The translations under genes and the position numbers were made by a program. A stretch of DNA of 64,000 nucleotides from Camelus dromedarius (taxonomy: Eukaryota): NCBI RefSeq assembly GCF_036321535.1, contig NC_087436.1, positions 6,820,001 through 6,884,000 of the forward strand, in the 5' to 3' direction. The notes beneath the pieces were generated by a model that saw only the letters and a program-made list of their open reading frames with translations, ran no database searches and was not told the origin of the DNA. Positions 49,276 through 63,270 of the stretch are shown here, in pieces (within the stretch, counting starts at the first letter, position 1; each line of letters opens with the position of its first letter).

Positions 49276-50723
49276 TACTTGAAAACACTAGATTTGAAAA
49301 GAAAGTTGATCTAAAGGATTTATTGGAGAAAGGAGTCATTGCTCTCTTTCAGGGGAAAAAAAATGCTGCATCTGAATAAATAAGATGCAAACAGTGCATC
49401 CACACTGGCTGTGCACCCCTTCCTTTTATGATCAGAATAGCATTCAGCTGCACCACATACATGAAAAACAGTCTCCTCTCCACCCTCTCCCCAGGTATGC
49501 TGCTTTTTCTGGGCTGATCCCCCTCTCCCAGCCCTCATGGTCAGAACCAACATCCTGCCTTCCTTTCCCCAAACCCAGACATCTCCTTTGTCCTCACACC
49601 GTGTTTTCTGGCTAAGTTTCCCCCTCCTGTCATCCACCTGACGAGCAGACTCAGGCAGATTACTTATACCAATCTGAGAACCTTCTAAGACAGTCGTGGA
49701 GGCGTGATTACAGAGGCCAGATTCATAAATAGTTAGAAATGACTGGTTTCCCAAGGGAAAGACTTGATAACAAATTGAAGTTTTTATTACCATGTGTTTG
49801 AAATAACACCTCGCCTCACAGCCCTGAGACTTATGAAGATCATCTCGAATAAGTGACTATAAATCTTCTACAGCATCTTTATGTGTTTTGTCCCTCTTCT
49901 TGGAGTAAGGTAGTTGCCATGGAAATGATGACAATGGCTAAATTCAGCCGGAAATATTTGCTGTTACATATGCCACATGTTAGATATGGTTCTCTCCTTC
50001 CCTCCAGGCAGGAGAGGGGTGTTCTGAAAAGTGACTCATTCTTGACATTGTAATACATTCATGTTAATTGCAAGGGTCATTCGCTGAGATTGGCTCTGTG
50101 TTAGACTTTATTGTTCGATTTTACAAAGAACGAAATTGAGAGTCTGGGGCAGTGATGGAAATGTTAGCTATCTTGATTGTGGTGGTGGTTTCATGGGTGT
50201 ATACCTCTATCAAAATTCATCAAATTGTACATCTGAAATATGTGTAGTTTACTATACAGGAACCATACCACAATAATGTTGCTTAAAAAAAGAAATGGAG
50301 GTTATGAGAAGTTAAATAACTTTTCTAAGTGTCAACTAGGTAGGATTTAAATTGGGGTGTCTGATATTGGGGTCCTCTCTGCCATGTGGCCCTCAATAAT
50401 TAGTGGCAACGTACGTATCTTTACTTCCAACGTTGCCCACTTCTGTCTCAATATTCCTACATGGCTTTCACCTTTATGATTCCACATAAATAATCTCTTT
50501 CAAAATCCTAATTTTTTTAGGGAAGTTTTTAATTTTTAGTCCTCCAAGGTTCCAGTTCTACTTTATACAACTTTTAACTCCCAGTGATATGACAAATTAC
50601 ATAATGTGAGCAATATTTTGCCATAAAACACCTATAATTGCTGAAAAAAAAAAAACAAACCCTAATACAGAGCTGATCTATAAGTGATCCCTGCAGGAGT
50701 CAGAGTCAAAAGTGAGCAATTGG

Positions 50724-51005
50724 GAGAGAGGAGGGTGTAGCTCAGTGGTAGAGTGCATGCTTAGCATGCATGAGGTCCTGGGTTCAATCCCCAGTCCCTC
50801 TATTAAAATAAATAAATAACCTGATCACCACACCTCAAAAATTAAAAAACAAATTTTTTTAAGTGAGCAGTTAGACAGGGAAGGGTATAGCTCAGTGGAA
50901 GAGTGCCTGTCTGCAGGCACAAGGTCCTGGGTTCAATTCCTAGTACCTCCACTTAAAAAATAAGTTAATAAATAAAACTAATTACCTCCTCCCCTAAACA
51001 AAAAA
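50724..51005 (+). mobile_element. Two head-to-tail Vic-1-like SINEs
   Basis: Two full A/B-box bodies (about 50728-50850 and 50877-51005) separated and flanked by copies of gtgagcaRttRg. Confidence 0.9.
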
Positions 51006-51369
51006 ATGTGAGCAGTTAGGATAGGAGATGTGGGTGGGGCATGGCTGTGGAGCGGGTGTGGGTGTGGCAGGAAAACGTGCTTTCCCGGATCTAGGAATTT
51101 GGATTTAATGGCCAGGCTATGAGCTTAGGCTCTGGACTCATGCAAGATAGAGTTAGAATCAATAAATCTGCATGACTTCAGGACCCGCAAATAACAACGT
51201 CCTTAACGAGAGTATGTCCTATAAAAACGAAAACAGAGCCACCTCCCAGCTAGCACATGGAACAAACCAAGAAACTTGTCAGCTTGGACTCTGAGTGGAA
51301 AAGTTAGTCTCTCTCCTGAGACTCCTTAACCTTCTACCAGCTCTTAATCTGGTTTAGGATTTGAATTTA

Positions 51370-51560
51370 TAAAAGGGCCAGTAGTAAATTATCAGCTCAT
51401 GGGCCATGCGGTCTCCTGCAGCTCCTCAACTCCACCGTGGGAGGGGGGAAGCTGCTGCCGACCACACGTAAACAAGTGGCGTGTGCGTGTTTCAATAAAA
51501 CTTGACTTACAAAAACAGATGGTGGTTTGCTGAATGAGCTATCCCATCTGCCTGGGCCAA
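51370..51560. mobile_element. MER58A-like hAT MITE
   Basis: aaagggccagtagtaaat..ctcaactc..acgtaaacaagtggcgtg..gtttcaataaaactt..ttacaaaaacagatggtgg. Confidence 0.75.
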
Positions 51561-52924
51561 GTTATCTGTAAGTTGAAAAACTGATATAAAAATTGACCCT
51601 GTCCAGGAGGATGGCTCTGACAAGGAGGAGGACTTCAGAAACATTGTCAGACTAAGGGAAGGGCTAGTCTGGGAAAGAGGAAGCCTTTGTGGACCCTCAG
51701 ATCTCATCACTAGAGGATGAGATGGGTTTCATGTCTCAGTTTCCCATCTAGATTAAAATTCCTTGATATTTAAAAACAAAAGTTAACAGTGTCCTCCATC
51801 CCTTTTGCATCTTTATCCAATCCTGGAAACGTGGAAGGTGTTTAATAAATGCTGGTTGAACAAGGAAACAGGCAGCATTTCCAAGTATCTGTAACACAAG
51901 TCGGTGAATCTCCCACTTGAGCGGCAGTGGGTCCCTTGGGATCACTTCTTCGGGGCTGATGATGCAGACCTCTGAGCAGACCTTTCCCCTCCTTGGTACC
52001 CTCCCACGGTGGTCCCTCCTACAATGCACTTCCTTCTAATAAAAAATTAAATCCTTGCTCTGGCCCTTTTCTCTCTCTCTTGAGATGCTTTTGAAATCAT
52101 GCAATGGCAGAGGGTTTTTAGGAAATGTGAATGTGGGTTTTTAACCTAATTTCTATCAAACCTTTTTATATCTTGATGTAGTATCGGCAGTTTCTCATAC
52201 TCCTTAGAAGCTCTTTTTCATCAGTGTAAACATGATATTTATATCACTTTCTTCAGTTGTGTTTTATTCCCCAAGAGGCAGACACCGGAAATGCTTAAAA
52301 CAAAGTGGGATATTCTTGATGCATAGTTTCAATTTTGTCTCCACATTGCTCTTCTGACATTACAAGAGCAATCTGCACCCATCTTCACAACCTCCTGAAG
52401 ACTTGGGAACCACAAGAGCAGAGACTGTGTGTTTAATGCCACGGGGAACAAAGCATGTCATATTTCAAGCCCCATTGCTCTAAAGAGAGACAATAGCTGC
52501 TGCCTCTTGCAAAACTCCAGCAAGAAGGTGGTATTTTTTTCTTTTTTCGGTAATAACAATTAATCATGACAGAAGGACTCAGATGGGGGGGAAGGACAGA
52601 TGGTTCTTGTTACAACCTGTCCCTAACCTGAATTACCATGCCCTACCGTAAATAGAACATTTGTACCAAAACTGTGAGACAGAAAGAACCACCAGGAATA
52701 AAAATCTACAATATGTTGTGTGAGCAAATGGTTTAAAACCACACTGTAATGAGGAGGACACCCATGATACACTGAATACGGTGGAATCAGAAAAACTTAG
52801 GACATAATATACATCAGTAGTCATCAAGTATTTAATTGATTCAGAAGTAACACTGGCAAATGATAACATGTAGGTATGTTGTAAGTTATTTTTTAAGAGT
52901 CACTTTAACTTTATTTTGTGTGTT

Positions 52925-53052
52925 TTGAGGAGGGGTGGGGGTGGTAAGGGGTAGGCTTGTTTGTTTGTTTAATGGCGGTACCGGGAATTGAACCCAGGAC
53001 CTTGTGCATGCTAGGTATGCGCTCTACCACTGAGCTATACACCCCCCCCGCC
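52925..53052 (-). mobile_element. Vic-1-like SINE
   Basis: ggaattgaacccaggaccttgtgcatgctaggtatgcgctctaccactgagctatacacccccc. Confidence 0.88.
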
Positions 53053-56000
53053 CACTCTTAAGATTCAGTCTAACAGTTGCATCATATTGTCTGATGTAAT
53101 CTTGACAATTCCACTCTAAACTTAGGTTGCTTTAGTAGTTCGTTAAGCTTTGACCTACATGGAGGAAACTTCTCTGAATGGGGACTAAGTTTGAATCAGA
53201 TGCTCCCCTGGGCATCTTCAAATGTGAAGATACACATATGCTTTGTAAGAAGGTTAAATTATTAACATCAACCGAATGATGCCATGTGACCATTTTGCTA
53301 ACTTTCTAGGGATGTCTTAGTGTCCTCACACATAAATCTGATCGGGTGGTGCACACCACGGCTGAGTGTAAGGTGATACAGTGTGAAAAGAAGGATGCTC
53401 TAAACTGGAGGTGGGCTTTATAGGATTGACGAGTGTGCAGATCATAAGAAGCTCCAGGATCATGAAGGATAAGAGTCATAATTCTCTGTGCCAGAGAGTC
53501 CACGTTTCTGCGGCAATTACCCATTTTTATGAATGTTTCAGAAGGGAGGGTTGCCAAGCGAGGCCTCACCCCCTAAGAACTCAGGATGGTGGGCTGCAAC
53601 ATTCACTGTGGACCATGGACCGAGGCCAGGCCTCTGCGGTCCGCGCTGATCATCAGCGTGACTGGCAAGAAAGAACAATCCAAGCAGACTTCCTTTGTTG
53701 CCCTGTGGAGCGCTTCCAAGAAACATTTTTGTCTCTGGGTGATCAGAGCCTCGTCGGATGGGCTGAGAATGTGATCGCCAGTGAAATTAGCCAATCATTT
53801 TGCAGGGAAAAAAGTTGTTAGTGACTACTAGCTAACTCATTTGCATGCTAATGTTTTTGGAGGGGCAAAAAAGAAAAGCTTTGGAGGCTTAACTTTTTTT
53901 TAATGTATGTCAGAGTTATTTCTGGCTTTAGCTATCGTCAGCAGACTGTAAAGGAGAGTGTGTCTAGGTTGTGTCATCAGAGAGTCTTCTGAGTCAGCTG
54001 GTGGGATCCGTGGGTGGATTCTGGCACCTCAGTTCAGGTCCCCCAGCGTGACCTGCCCCCTTGGGTCTCTTAGGGGGACAAAGGGCAAAGGAAGGAGAGT
54101 AGCCTGGGGTTTATATCATGCTCCCACAAGACGGAAGATTCAAAACACCAGCCACCTCTCATGATCGAAAAGCAACCCAGCCATTTCTATTAAACTCAAC
54201 CAAACATAGGGCAGCAATAACACACATTGTGAAAGAAACTGAAGCAAGTCCCAAGCCCTGAAAACTATCTTATGAGCATCGCAATAATGTTAGTCACTGC
54301 CCCTCCCTGTTAACATGGGCTACCTGAGGATTCTTTCTTCTTTTGTCATCATGAGGGAAAGAATTTTTTCTTTGTTGGCCCAGGAGGAGAGGATACTGGA
54401 GGAAATGACTCTCCAGACCGTGGGGTCATGGTGGCTGGCAGTTTGGGAAACGGAGAAACTCCAGCATCCTGGCGGCGAGTTGGGCTGTCACTTTTCAGTC
54501 TCAGGAACAACAGACAACTGGAGCTGTTGGTGCAGCTACGTGGGGGTTGGTAATTCTGCAAGGCCTGCTAGAGACCTAACCACCATTTTTAATGTTGGGA
54601 ATTTAACGGCAATATTTTCTTCTGAGTTCCAAGTGAACTCACAAATATCCATTTGGAGAGTAAAAACAGCAGTCAGCAGACTGAGGAGCACTTGGACTTG
54701 ATTATCTCCCTTGCCTGTCCTCCCCCTGAGGGACATTTTCCCAACGTTCCCCAACCCTCCTGTGTAGTTACTTCTGGATCCCGTCTTTTCGGTGATGGTG
54801 TTTTAATGATGCTCCTGGTTCATCTTATAAGCTCTTACTTCAGTGTTGCAAGTTCTTCAGAGAACCCCTTCACCAGTACTGGCGTAAATGCTCTAAAACC
54901 AAACGAGGTTTTAGTGAAAATTTGCACTTTCATAAGCTCAACAAAAAGTGCTGAGTTGCGTTGGCTTACTCCTTCTAAATAGGAAGATAAACTATTACTA
55001 ATATCTACGCACCATTTCCTGTCTTTTTAAGGGCTTCGTGGGTGAGCTCACAGAATGCTGCAGGGAAGTGAGCGACAGTGACTGTTAATACAGAGCAAAT
55101 TCTTGCGATGGGGGCACACACCCCATTTGTCTCCTGCGCTGAATTTGCACTTCACTCCACACAACATCACACCTACAGAGGGAGGGCACTATGCTTTGGA
55201 AAAATAAATTTTCTTCTATCAGTCAACTTAGCATTCATTCAGGCTTTCTCAACCACAGAAATAAATAAGTAAAATTCCACAATGAGCATTAAAACCAGAA
55301 CATCACTATTAGTCATTGGTACCTAACCATACTTGCTAATTTTAAAATGAGAAGAAATGAAAGCTCTCCCCTCTTTGTACACCCACTTGCCATGCGCTCT
55401 CTCTCAATCCAATCATTTTTTTCCCCCGTGGGAAATAATCTGGACTAGGAACATGTCCAAAATATGTCTTAAGACATATTGAATTTCAGTAGAGGCTTTC
55501 TGAAGGCTCTTGGTAATAAAAAGTTCCATTGATTCTGATGCAGATGGATGGATCAGAACTTTTCTAGTGTACGTCTCGCCAGCATCACTGAATTCTTCAA
55601 AACAACTGGGTTCAAATATTAGAAACATATCAGCTTGCAAAGTTTTGCCATTGTTTTAATTAGTACTTTCAAAAAATTACATGTGACAGATACTCCAACT
55701 AGTTCAAGCAAAATGAAAATACGAAGTTTTAGTTCACATACTGGTGAAGGCAACTGTGGAAGAGATGCAGGCCCAGGGGCTCAGGGGGACACAGTGACCC
55801 CGGGAGCCTCCTCTGACTGTCATCGTTCTCTCATTCCTAGTTGTCTCTGCTGGGCCCCATTCCACAGAAGGCTCTACCCGAGACTAGGGAAGATGGCCAC
55901 AGAGAACCCCAAGTTTGCATTCGCTAGTTCTAGGTTCAAGAAGTGGGCAATCTTTACATCTAAAGTCAGGGATTCTGTTGGGAGAAGCCCTATTGTCTGG

Positions 56001-56232
56001 CTTAGAGTCTAGCTTCACCTGGGGAACTAATGATCACTCCGAGAGGAGCAGGGTAGTAATAGAGTTGGCCTGCTGTGGTCCTGGATGGCTGTTGCACTGA
56101 GGCAGTGTGGAATGGGTGCATATTTTATACACCAACAGAAAAAGGAAGTTGACCAGAAGAAAGAGGATGTTAAAGCTGGGAGGCGATGATATTAACTACA
56201 TAGTCCATTACATCATTTCTAATAAGAATTTG

Positions 56233-56797
56233 TTTTGGTGTAGCCACTATGGAGAACCATATGGAGAACCCTAAAAGCACTAAAAATAGACTCACCCTAT
56301 GGTCCAGTAATCCCACTCCTGGGCATATATCTGTAGGAAATTCTCATTTGAAATGACATATGCACCCCAATGTTCATAGCAGCACTATTTACAATAGCCA
56401 AGACATGGAAACAACCTAAATGCCCATTGACAGATGATTGGATAAAGAAGCTAAGATATATTTACACAATGGAATACTACTCAGCCATAAAAAGGAGTGA
56501 AATAATGTCATTTGCAGTAACATGGATGGGCCTAGAGATCTTCACACTAAGTGAAGTAACTCAGAGAAAGATAAATATATCATGTGATATCACTTATATG
56601 TGGAATCTAAAAAAAATTGATACAAATAAACTTATTTACAAAACAGAAACAGACTCCCAGCCATAGAAAGCAAACTTATGGTTACCAGGGGGAAACAGGT
56701 TGGAGGAGGGAGAAACCGGGAGTTTGGGATTTACAGACACATACTACCATAGATGAAATAGATAAACAGCAAGGCCCCCCTGCGTGTCACAGGGACC
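56233..56797 (+). mobile_element. L1 3' fragment lacking the terminal tail
   Basis: ORF 56370-56666 ([35 protein letters not shown]). Similarity stops within the 3'UTR. Confidence 0.9.
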
Positions 56798-57627
56798 ACA
56801 CTGGGGAGGGGTTTGGAGAGTAAATACTCCCAGCTCTTGCTGGCGCCTCTCTCCCATCTGCTGATATATCCTGTTGGTTGAACCCAACTAGAAACCAACA
56901 GAGAGGTTCATTAACATAGCCGGTACAGGCCGCCTACCAGTGCAGAGACCAGTGTAGGAACTGCTGACAATCTGGAGAGACAAGCAGAAAATTTTCAGCA
57001 CAGCCTTATATACATACAAAGAGATACCTAGACAGACAGACACACATACACACATTCCATATGATAGAAACAACCATGCAATTGAATATCCAGTAAATGT
57101 TATTGGATATTACATAAAACGTATATTGCCTGGAAGAAATTCAAAGAGACAGTGTGGCATAGTGAAAGCTTTTGGAGGCAGGCTGACTTGGACTTGAACC
57201 CTGGGCTGTAAACTTGGTCACCTCACTGTCGCAAATGCCCATCTTGAGAAGGCCAAAGTAATTACATCTGCAGGCTGGATGAAGCACAGACCCATATTCT
57301 GCAACTTCCACACTATGTAGAACATCAACATTCAAACGATTAGACCCAGTTACACTAGTGATATCATGACTATTTAGCAGAATATAATTTAACTCGTTTT
57401 TTTTTAAGCTCAGAAAGCAATGTGGCATTTTGTAGTGAGTGCTTCGGGTTTGCAGTTATGAATATTCATGAGCATTGGATAATGCTAAAAATTCTGCTTA
57501 ACTATTGATAGCAGAGGAAAAAAACCCTGGTGAATGGAACTAAATTTTTTTCATACAGTCAAGGAGTTTTTGTCACTAACTAGGTCTTTAAACCAACAGT
57601 TGGCTTCTAGTTTCTTTCATAGCAGTG

Positions 57628-57832
57628 GGATGATGGGGATGATGAAGATAGTGGTGGTGGCGATGGTGATGATGATGGTAATGAAGGTGATGATGATGAT
57701 GGTGGTGGTGGTGATGAGGTGATGATGGTGATGAAGTTGACGATGATGAAGGTGATGATGGTGATGGTGGTGATGGCGGTGGTGGTGATGAAGTGATGAT
57801 GGTGATGAAGGTGACGATCATGGTGGTGATGC
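57628..57832 (+). repeat. Compound (GAT/GGT)n trinucleotide repeat
   Basis: About 200 bp of gatgat/ggtggt units; explains the poly-His and poly-Met/Val ORFs. Confidence 0.92.
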
Positions 57833-60099
57833 TAGCATTTGTGGGATAGCATGTACTTGCGTGTCACATGTATTATTAAGTCTAAAACTTAGTTAATGAC
57901 TTGGGTACCATTGTCCGCATTTCACAGATGAATAACCTGCAGCTCAGAAAGTGTTATTAAAGCAAGGTTACACTTCTAATAAGTGTTATAACTAACTTTC
58001 AAATTCTGTTCTGCTTGGTTGCAATCCTTGTCCTGATGACTATAGAATCTTAACTCCCAGTAGATTGCTTTTCTGACCTATTTTAATTCTGAGTGAATAT
58101 ATTTATATTATTATTATACAGCTTACAGCAAGCTATAATTGATTTCACAATTCTTTCTGATTATTTTTGTAACTGTTCTTATTTCTATTAATTGACATAC
58201 ACATATCATGTCTCATTGCTAGAATATTAGAGGAACAATCCATACATTAAGGGGAAAAATTTCCCTTTAAAATAAACATTATTTTCATCAAAAAGACAAA
58301 TACATCTCACTACTTAAACAAAAAAGGAGTGAAATCCAGATGTCCATTTTTTAAAAAGATAGTATATGAACAATAATAAATACTTTACATTACTTTTCTT
58401 TTAATGAGTTTTTCTCTTAGGAGAGTTTCTAGAGGGTTGCTTCTTTGTTTTTTAACCCAAAGTTTGAGGTTCTTAATAGTTTTTATAAATATTCTCATTA
58501 TTTAATAAGCTTAAATGCTAATTTAATCTGGCTGTATTAGGAGTATATGATAGTATTTTTCTTTTACAGTTTTAAAATGTATCAAAAACTAATTTCCTTC
58601 ATTAAAACAGACCTCATTATACTCAGAAGATCCAAGTTCACTGCATGACTCACTCAGGACTTTAGATTCAAACATGATATGAAGAGATCTTTAATTACCT
58701 AGACAAAACCTCTTAAGTACCTGGAGTGGTGGTTATTAATATCTGGGAGGAAAAAGAAACCCGGAGGCTGCAATGTAATGGAACAAAGCATCACTCTCTG
58801 AAATGCACCACTGAAACCTACATAGGCAAACGGCGCTATTGTGGTGGCAAGCAGGTGGCACTGCTACATTCTAGTCCATTTACCAGAGGAGGTGTAAGTT
58901 CTACAAGAACTTTGTGATTTTCAAGGTGATGGGATTGGGGAGTTCCCACTGGCCCCTAGTGCCCCGACCCAAATGCAAGCAGTGTCCCAGCAGGGAAATA
59001 TTGGGCTTCACGGCTCATTCCCTAAAATGCAAATACCCGGTGGAAGTACTTCATTAAGCTGATTAGCACCTGATCCTAGGCTGAATGAATTTTTGAAAGC
59101 CTTTTCTTTCTAAATCTGTTTTTTGTTTTTTTTTTTTTAAGCAGAGAACAGATGAGGGGAAGAAGAAGAAATCTTGAGAAATGCGTGAGCAGGACTCCAA
59201 AGGAAAGACTGGCAGTCAAATGACAAACGTCTCACTTTCTCTGTGGGGACAGAGCCTGGCAAAACACAACTCAAACGTGACCTCGCTCCTAGATCAATAT
59301 TTCCAAATGAGAAACAAATTTGTCATCTGAAATCCAACTGGACACATTAAAACGTATTGATTTGTATTCAAGAAGACCTGGGATTTTCGTGGTTGCTGTT
59401 TGGTCAGTAAGTTGATTGGTTTTATCAGCCAGAGCTCTACTGTGCACAGTTTTTGGGATACTGAATTCCATTTTAGGTTCTGTTTGAATTTGGTGTTCTG
59501 TATAAGTAAATGTGGTGCTGGTTTCTATTCCTACGTTTATATCCACCTATCTATACTTTAAAAAACTTGGGAGATCACTGTAAATTTAGGATTAGAGTCT
59601 ATTTTTTTATTCTCACTAAATATAATGTCAGTATATACTCATGTTACTCAATAATCTTGGAAATATGATTTTAATAGCTGCACAGTATTCTACTGTGTTG
59701 CTTTAGCAGGATTTAAGCCATTTATTGTGGAATATTTAGAGTGTTATCACTTTTTTTAAATTATCATATGCAGTGCCACAAATAACTCTTGATTATTTCC
59801 TTATAATCAGTTTCTGGAAATGAAATGATGAGTCAAGAGGAACCTGGGATTCTAAGTGTATAAAATGTTAGAATCTTGATTTTCCTGTCTTCTCTTGTCC
59901 AGTCCCTGCTGAGACGAGACACGGGCATTGAATGCACCTGCTTACATGAGTATGCCTTAAAAATTGTGTTTCAACTCTGATGAAGGAGGAAAAATGCTAA
60001 AGAAGAAGATTAAATAGAAGGAATCAGACAATTAACCTTTTCTCTGTGTGTTTGTGTGTGTGTGAGCTCAGAAAAGTTGAAGGGGCTCAAGACTGGGAG

Positions 60100-60225
60100 T
60101 AGTGGGGTATAACTCAGTGGTAGAGGGCATGCTTGGCATGCACGAGGTTCTGGGTTAAACCCCCAGCACCCGCATTATATATATATATATAAGCCTAATT
60201 ATCTTTCCTCCACAAAAAAAAGAAA
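60100..60225 (+). mobile_element. Vic-1-like SINE
   Basis: ggggtataactcagtggtagagggcatgcttggcatgcacgaggttctgggttaaacccccagcacc plus (TA)n and tail. Confidence 0.85.
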
Positions 60226-62417
60226 AAGATTGGGAGTGGGAAGTTAAGAACAGAATTTGGTGAAGTGCTGAAAAATCATCTTCAAATAAATCACGTACAA
60301 TTTCAGTAAAAAAAAAAAAATGGTCAATTATATTTTTATAAATGAAATTAATCATGACCATAATCAGAAAACGAGGTTTCCAGAACAATTCTGGCTCTGA
60401 ATTTCCAGGTAAATAAGTGATTCAATTCAACAGCTTACGTGCTTCCTGGGGTATGAAATTATACTTGGGAATCTCCCTGACCCTCCCCACTTCAGTTTGT
60501 TTCAGTATCTGACAGCTTAATCAGAGCTGAATTTCCTGGCTCAGTGTATTAAGTTATATTTATATATCTATTTAAATGTTTTTGTTTTTTTCACTCATCT
60601 GGGAGATAGATTCAAAATGGCACAATTTTCTCCTTTCAATTGTGCGCTTAACTCTTGTCAGTGTTAATACATATTACGTGCACACAGCACCGTGGAACTA
60701 CAACTGGCCACGCCTTGGAAGACACAATGCTGCACATGTCAGAGACACAGTCAGAAATCGCCTTCTTTCCTTCATATTTCATTAATTCAACTGAGAACCT
60801 CCTGCACCCTAAGTATAAATGATTTTGTAATTGTTGAGGTAAAAACGCTGTGTTCTACCAGAAACTGTCTTTTCTGAAGAGGCATCAGACTTCGTTTAAA
60901 ACCATAGCTCTGAGGAGTAGACATGTTTTTGAAAACATGTCAGTTTGCTGTAGTCATCACCCTTCTCAATTCTGGAAAAAACTTAAAAACTAGGACAAGT
61001 TGACTTTAATTAACATTCTCATAAATCTCTCCAGAGTGCATTGTAATTTCCATTACTTTTAAAGTGCTTCTGGAACCACAGGGGACAACCTTTCCCCGTT
61101 TAACTACATAGTTACGTACAAGTACGTGTAGTCAATGTGAGTCTGGTATTTTGATTTAAGGGACTAGCTGAAGTTACTCAAAGCTGCTTGGTTGAAAAAC
61201 TGAGGATTAAGTCCTGTCTATACATGGTGTTTTTAAGAACTTGTTAGCCATCTACAAATTTAAGATTACAAATGAGGATGAATCCTCTTTTTGTGTGAAA
61301 TTATAATGCTGAGATTATATAATGAGAGATTCAGTTGCAGAAGTTAGTGGACTATTTCTACAGAACATGGAGGAGTCACACAGCTTGGATATACGTAGGG
61401 CAAAGCTATCGAGTGCATTTTGTGTTACAAAACTTCTGCAGAGAAACCAGAGTGATGCCTGATGCCTGAGTGTTAAACAGGGCTGCACTCACCCTGCATC
61501 AACTCTGAGACAATCCAGCACTCATCCTGTTATATAAGAAATTATATTTAGTTTTTTTCAAAAAGCACACACTTTAATGCAGGCACTTTTTTGGCTGATG
61601 TCACCTTCCCATTGTGGTCCTTGAGGAAGAAAAGATGACTCATGCTGCAGTCACAGCACATGGTTGTGATCAGGCGCCCCCAAATCAGGCAGGTCTGTCT
61701 TTCCATAGCCTCCTGCCACAGACTCTTAGAAATCCTCAACAGTGAGGAAAAACGATCGCATCCCAATGTGCGATTCTAAATAAAAACAACACTGATTTGT
61801 AAGGCAGGGTCCAACAAATTCTGATTTTCTTTTAGACGCTTTTTCCTTTTTCAGTTTCTTCCCTCCTTTCTCCCTCCTTCGCTTCCTTTTTATTTTTCTC
61901 CTTTCTTTCTCTTGAATCCTTTCAAAAAACTTAAAAACAAAAAACCTTTGCTATGCTGCTGCCCTAAACATGTACTTGTTTCATCTGTCTGTTCAGTTAC
62001 TCAACACCCTCTACTAATGGACACACCTCTAGATGTCCCCAGTTGGACGGAGCCCCTACAAGCCATCTCTGGTCCGAATCCCCACAACACGCCTAAACTT
62101 ACCTGCTCAGTCAGTTCAACGCGACGAGTCCACTGCCGCCCCTTTGTCTTTCCCTCAAAGGTAGAGAGAAACCAAAGGAAATGTGTCACCCTGACTGGAA
62201 TCACTGGCAACAATGAAAAGGTATTTTAGGGGCAATTGAGTGACTTCGAATATAGACTGAATTTTAGATATTATTGAATTACATTTCTCAGGAATTATAC
62301 TGGTATTGTGATTATATAGGAAATGTTCTCATCAGTAGGAAGTGCGGGCTGAAATATTTAGGGGTTCACTGTTATGTTGCGTGTAACTTGCAAGTTCAGC
62401 AAAAAATGTGCACGTTA

Positions 62418-62427
62418 TGTGTGTGTG

Positions 62428-62473
<46 letters not shown>

Positions 62474-62495
62474 GTGATAGAGGGAGAGAGACAGA
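62418..62495 (+). repeat. Compound (TG)(TA)(GA) microsatellite
   Basis: tgtgtgtgtg-tatatatata-gagagagaga run. Confidence 0.92.
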
Positions 62496-63014
62496 AGAAC
62501 AGAAATAGAATGCAAAATGTGATCAAAATGTGGCATAATAAATATATACTGTCTTTTCAACTTTTCTGTAGGGGCAAAAAAAACACATAATCATTAAAAC
62601 TAGAATGCCAAGTAGCAAAAGAAACATAGTTGGTCTTACATGAAGCTAATATTCTGGGGTTTTTTCTGCAGCCTGTAGGAAAGTTGGAGGGCTATACCTT
62701 TGATTCATTAGATTCATCAAAGAAATCTACGTTTTAAAGACCATTTTCAGTCACACAGCGTAGGTAAGTGGATTTAGGCCTGCACACACACATACACAAG
62801 CACGCAAAAATCTGAGTTTAATCATCCCTAGAAGTCACTGGCTAAATGCCGACCGCTTTCCGAGAAATTTCCGTCCTTTAAAAGCCAGCTTCACTGGTTC
62901 CTTTTGATGAATTTCTTTAACAACATCTGCTTTCTAGGAGCTCAGAAAGTGCTAGGAATCAATAAAGCAGTGTTTCTTACACTCTCCCAATCAATAAAAT
63001 ACAGTTTCTTCCTT

Positions 63015-63270
63015 TATTCATCCAGTCACTAAAAACTTAGTGACCGCCTACACCGTGCCAGGCCCCATGTTAGGCCCAGAACACACACGAAATCCATGGG
63101 CCATGTCCTCAAGGAGTTCAGGGTCACCTGGGGAGGCAGACACTGGACACATGATCAGGGAATAATATAAAAAGTCTTGGAATAAGGGTATGTATAAACT
63201 GCTTTGGGAGCATGGAGGAAGGAACCCTAAGCTACCTGGTAGGGGAGAGAGGGGTAACGCTACAATAATA
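63015..63270 (-). mobile_element. L2 3'-end fragment
   Basis: ttattcatccagtcactaaaaacttagtgaccgcctacaccgtgccaggccccatgttagg..cctcaaggagttcagggtc. Confidence 0.65.

Noticed and set aside
57534..57821. Poly-His/Pro-Ser and poly-Met/Val ORFs
   Set aside because: Translation artefacts of a GAT/GGT simple repeat.
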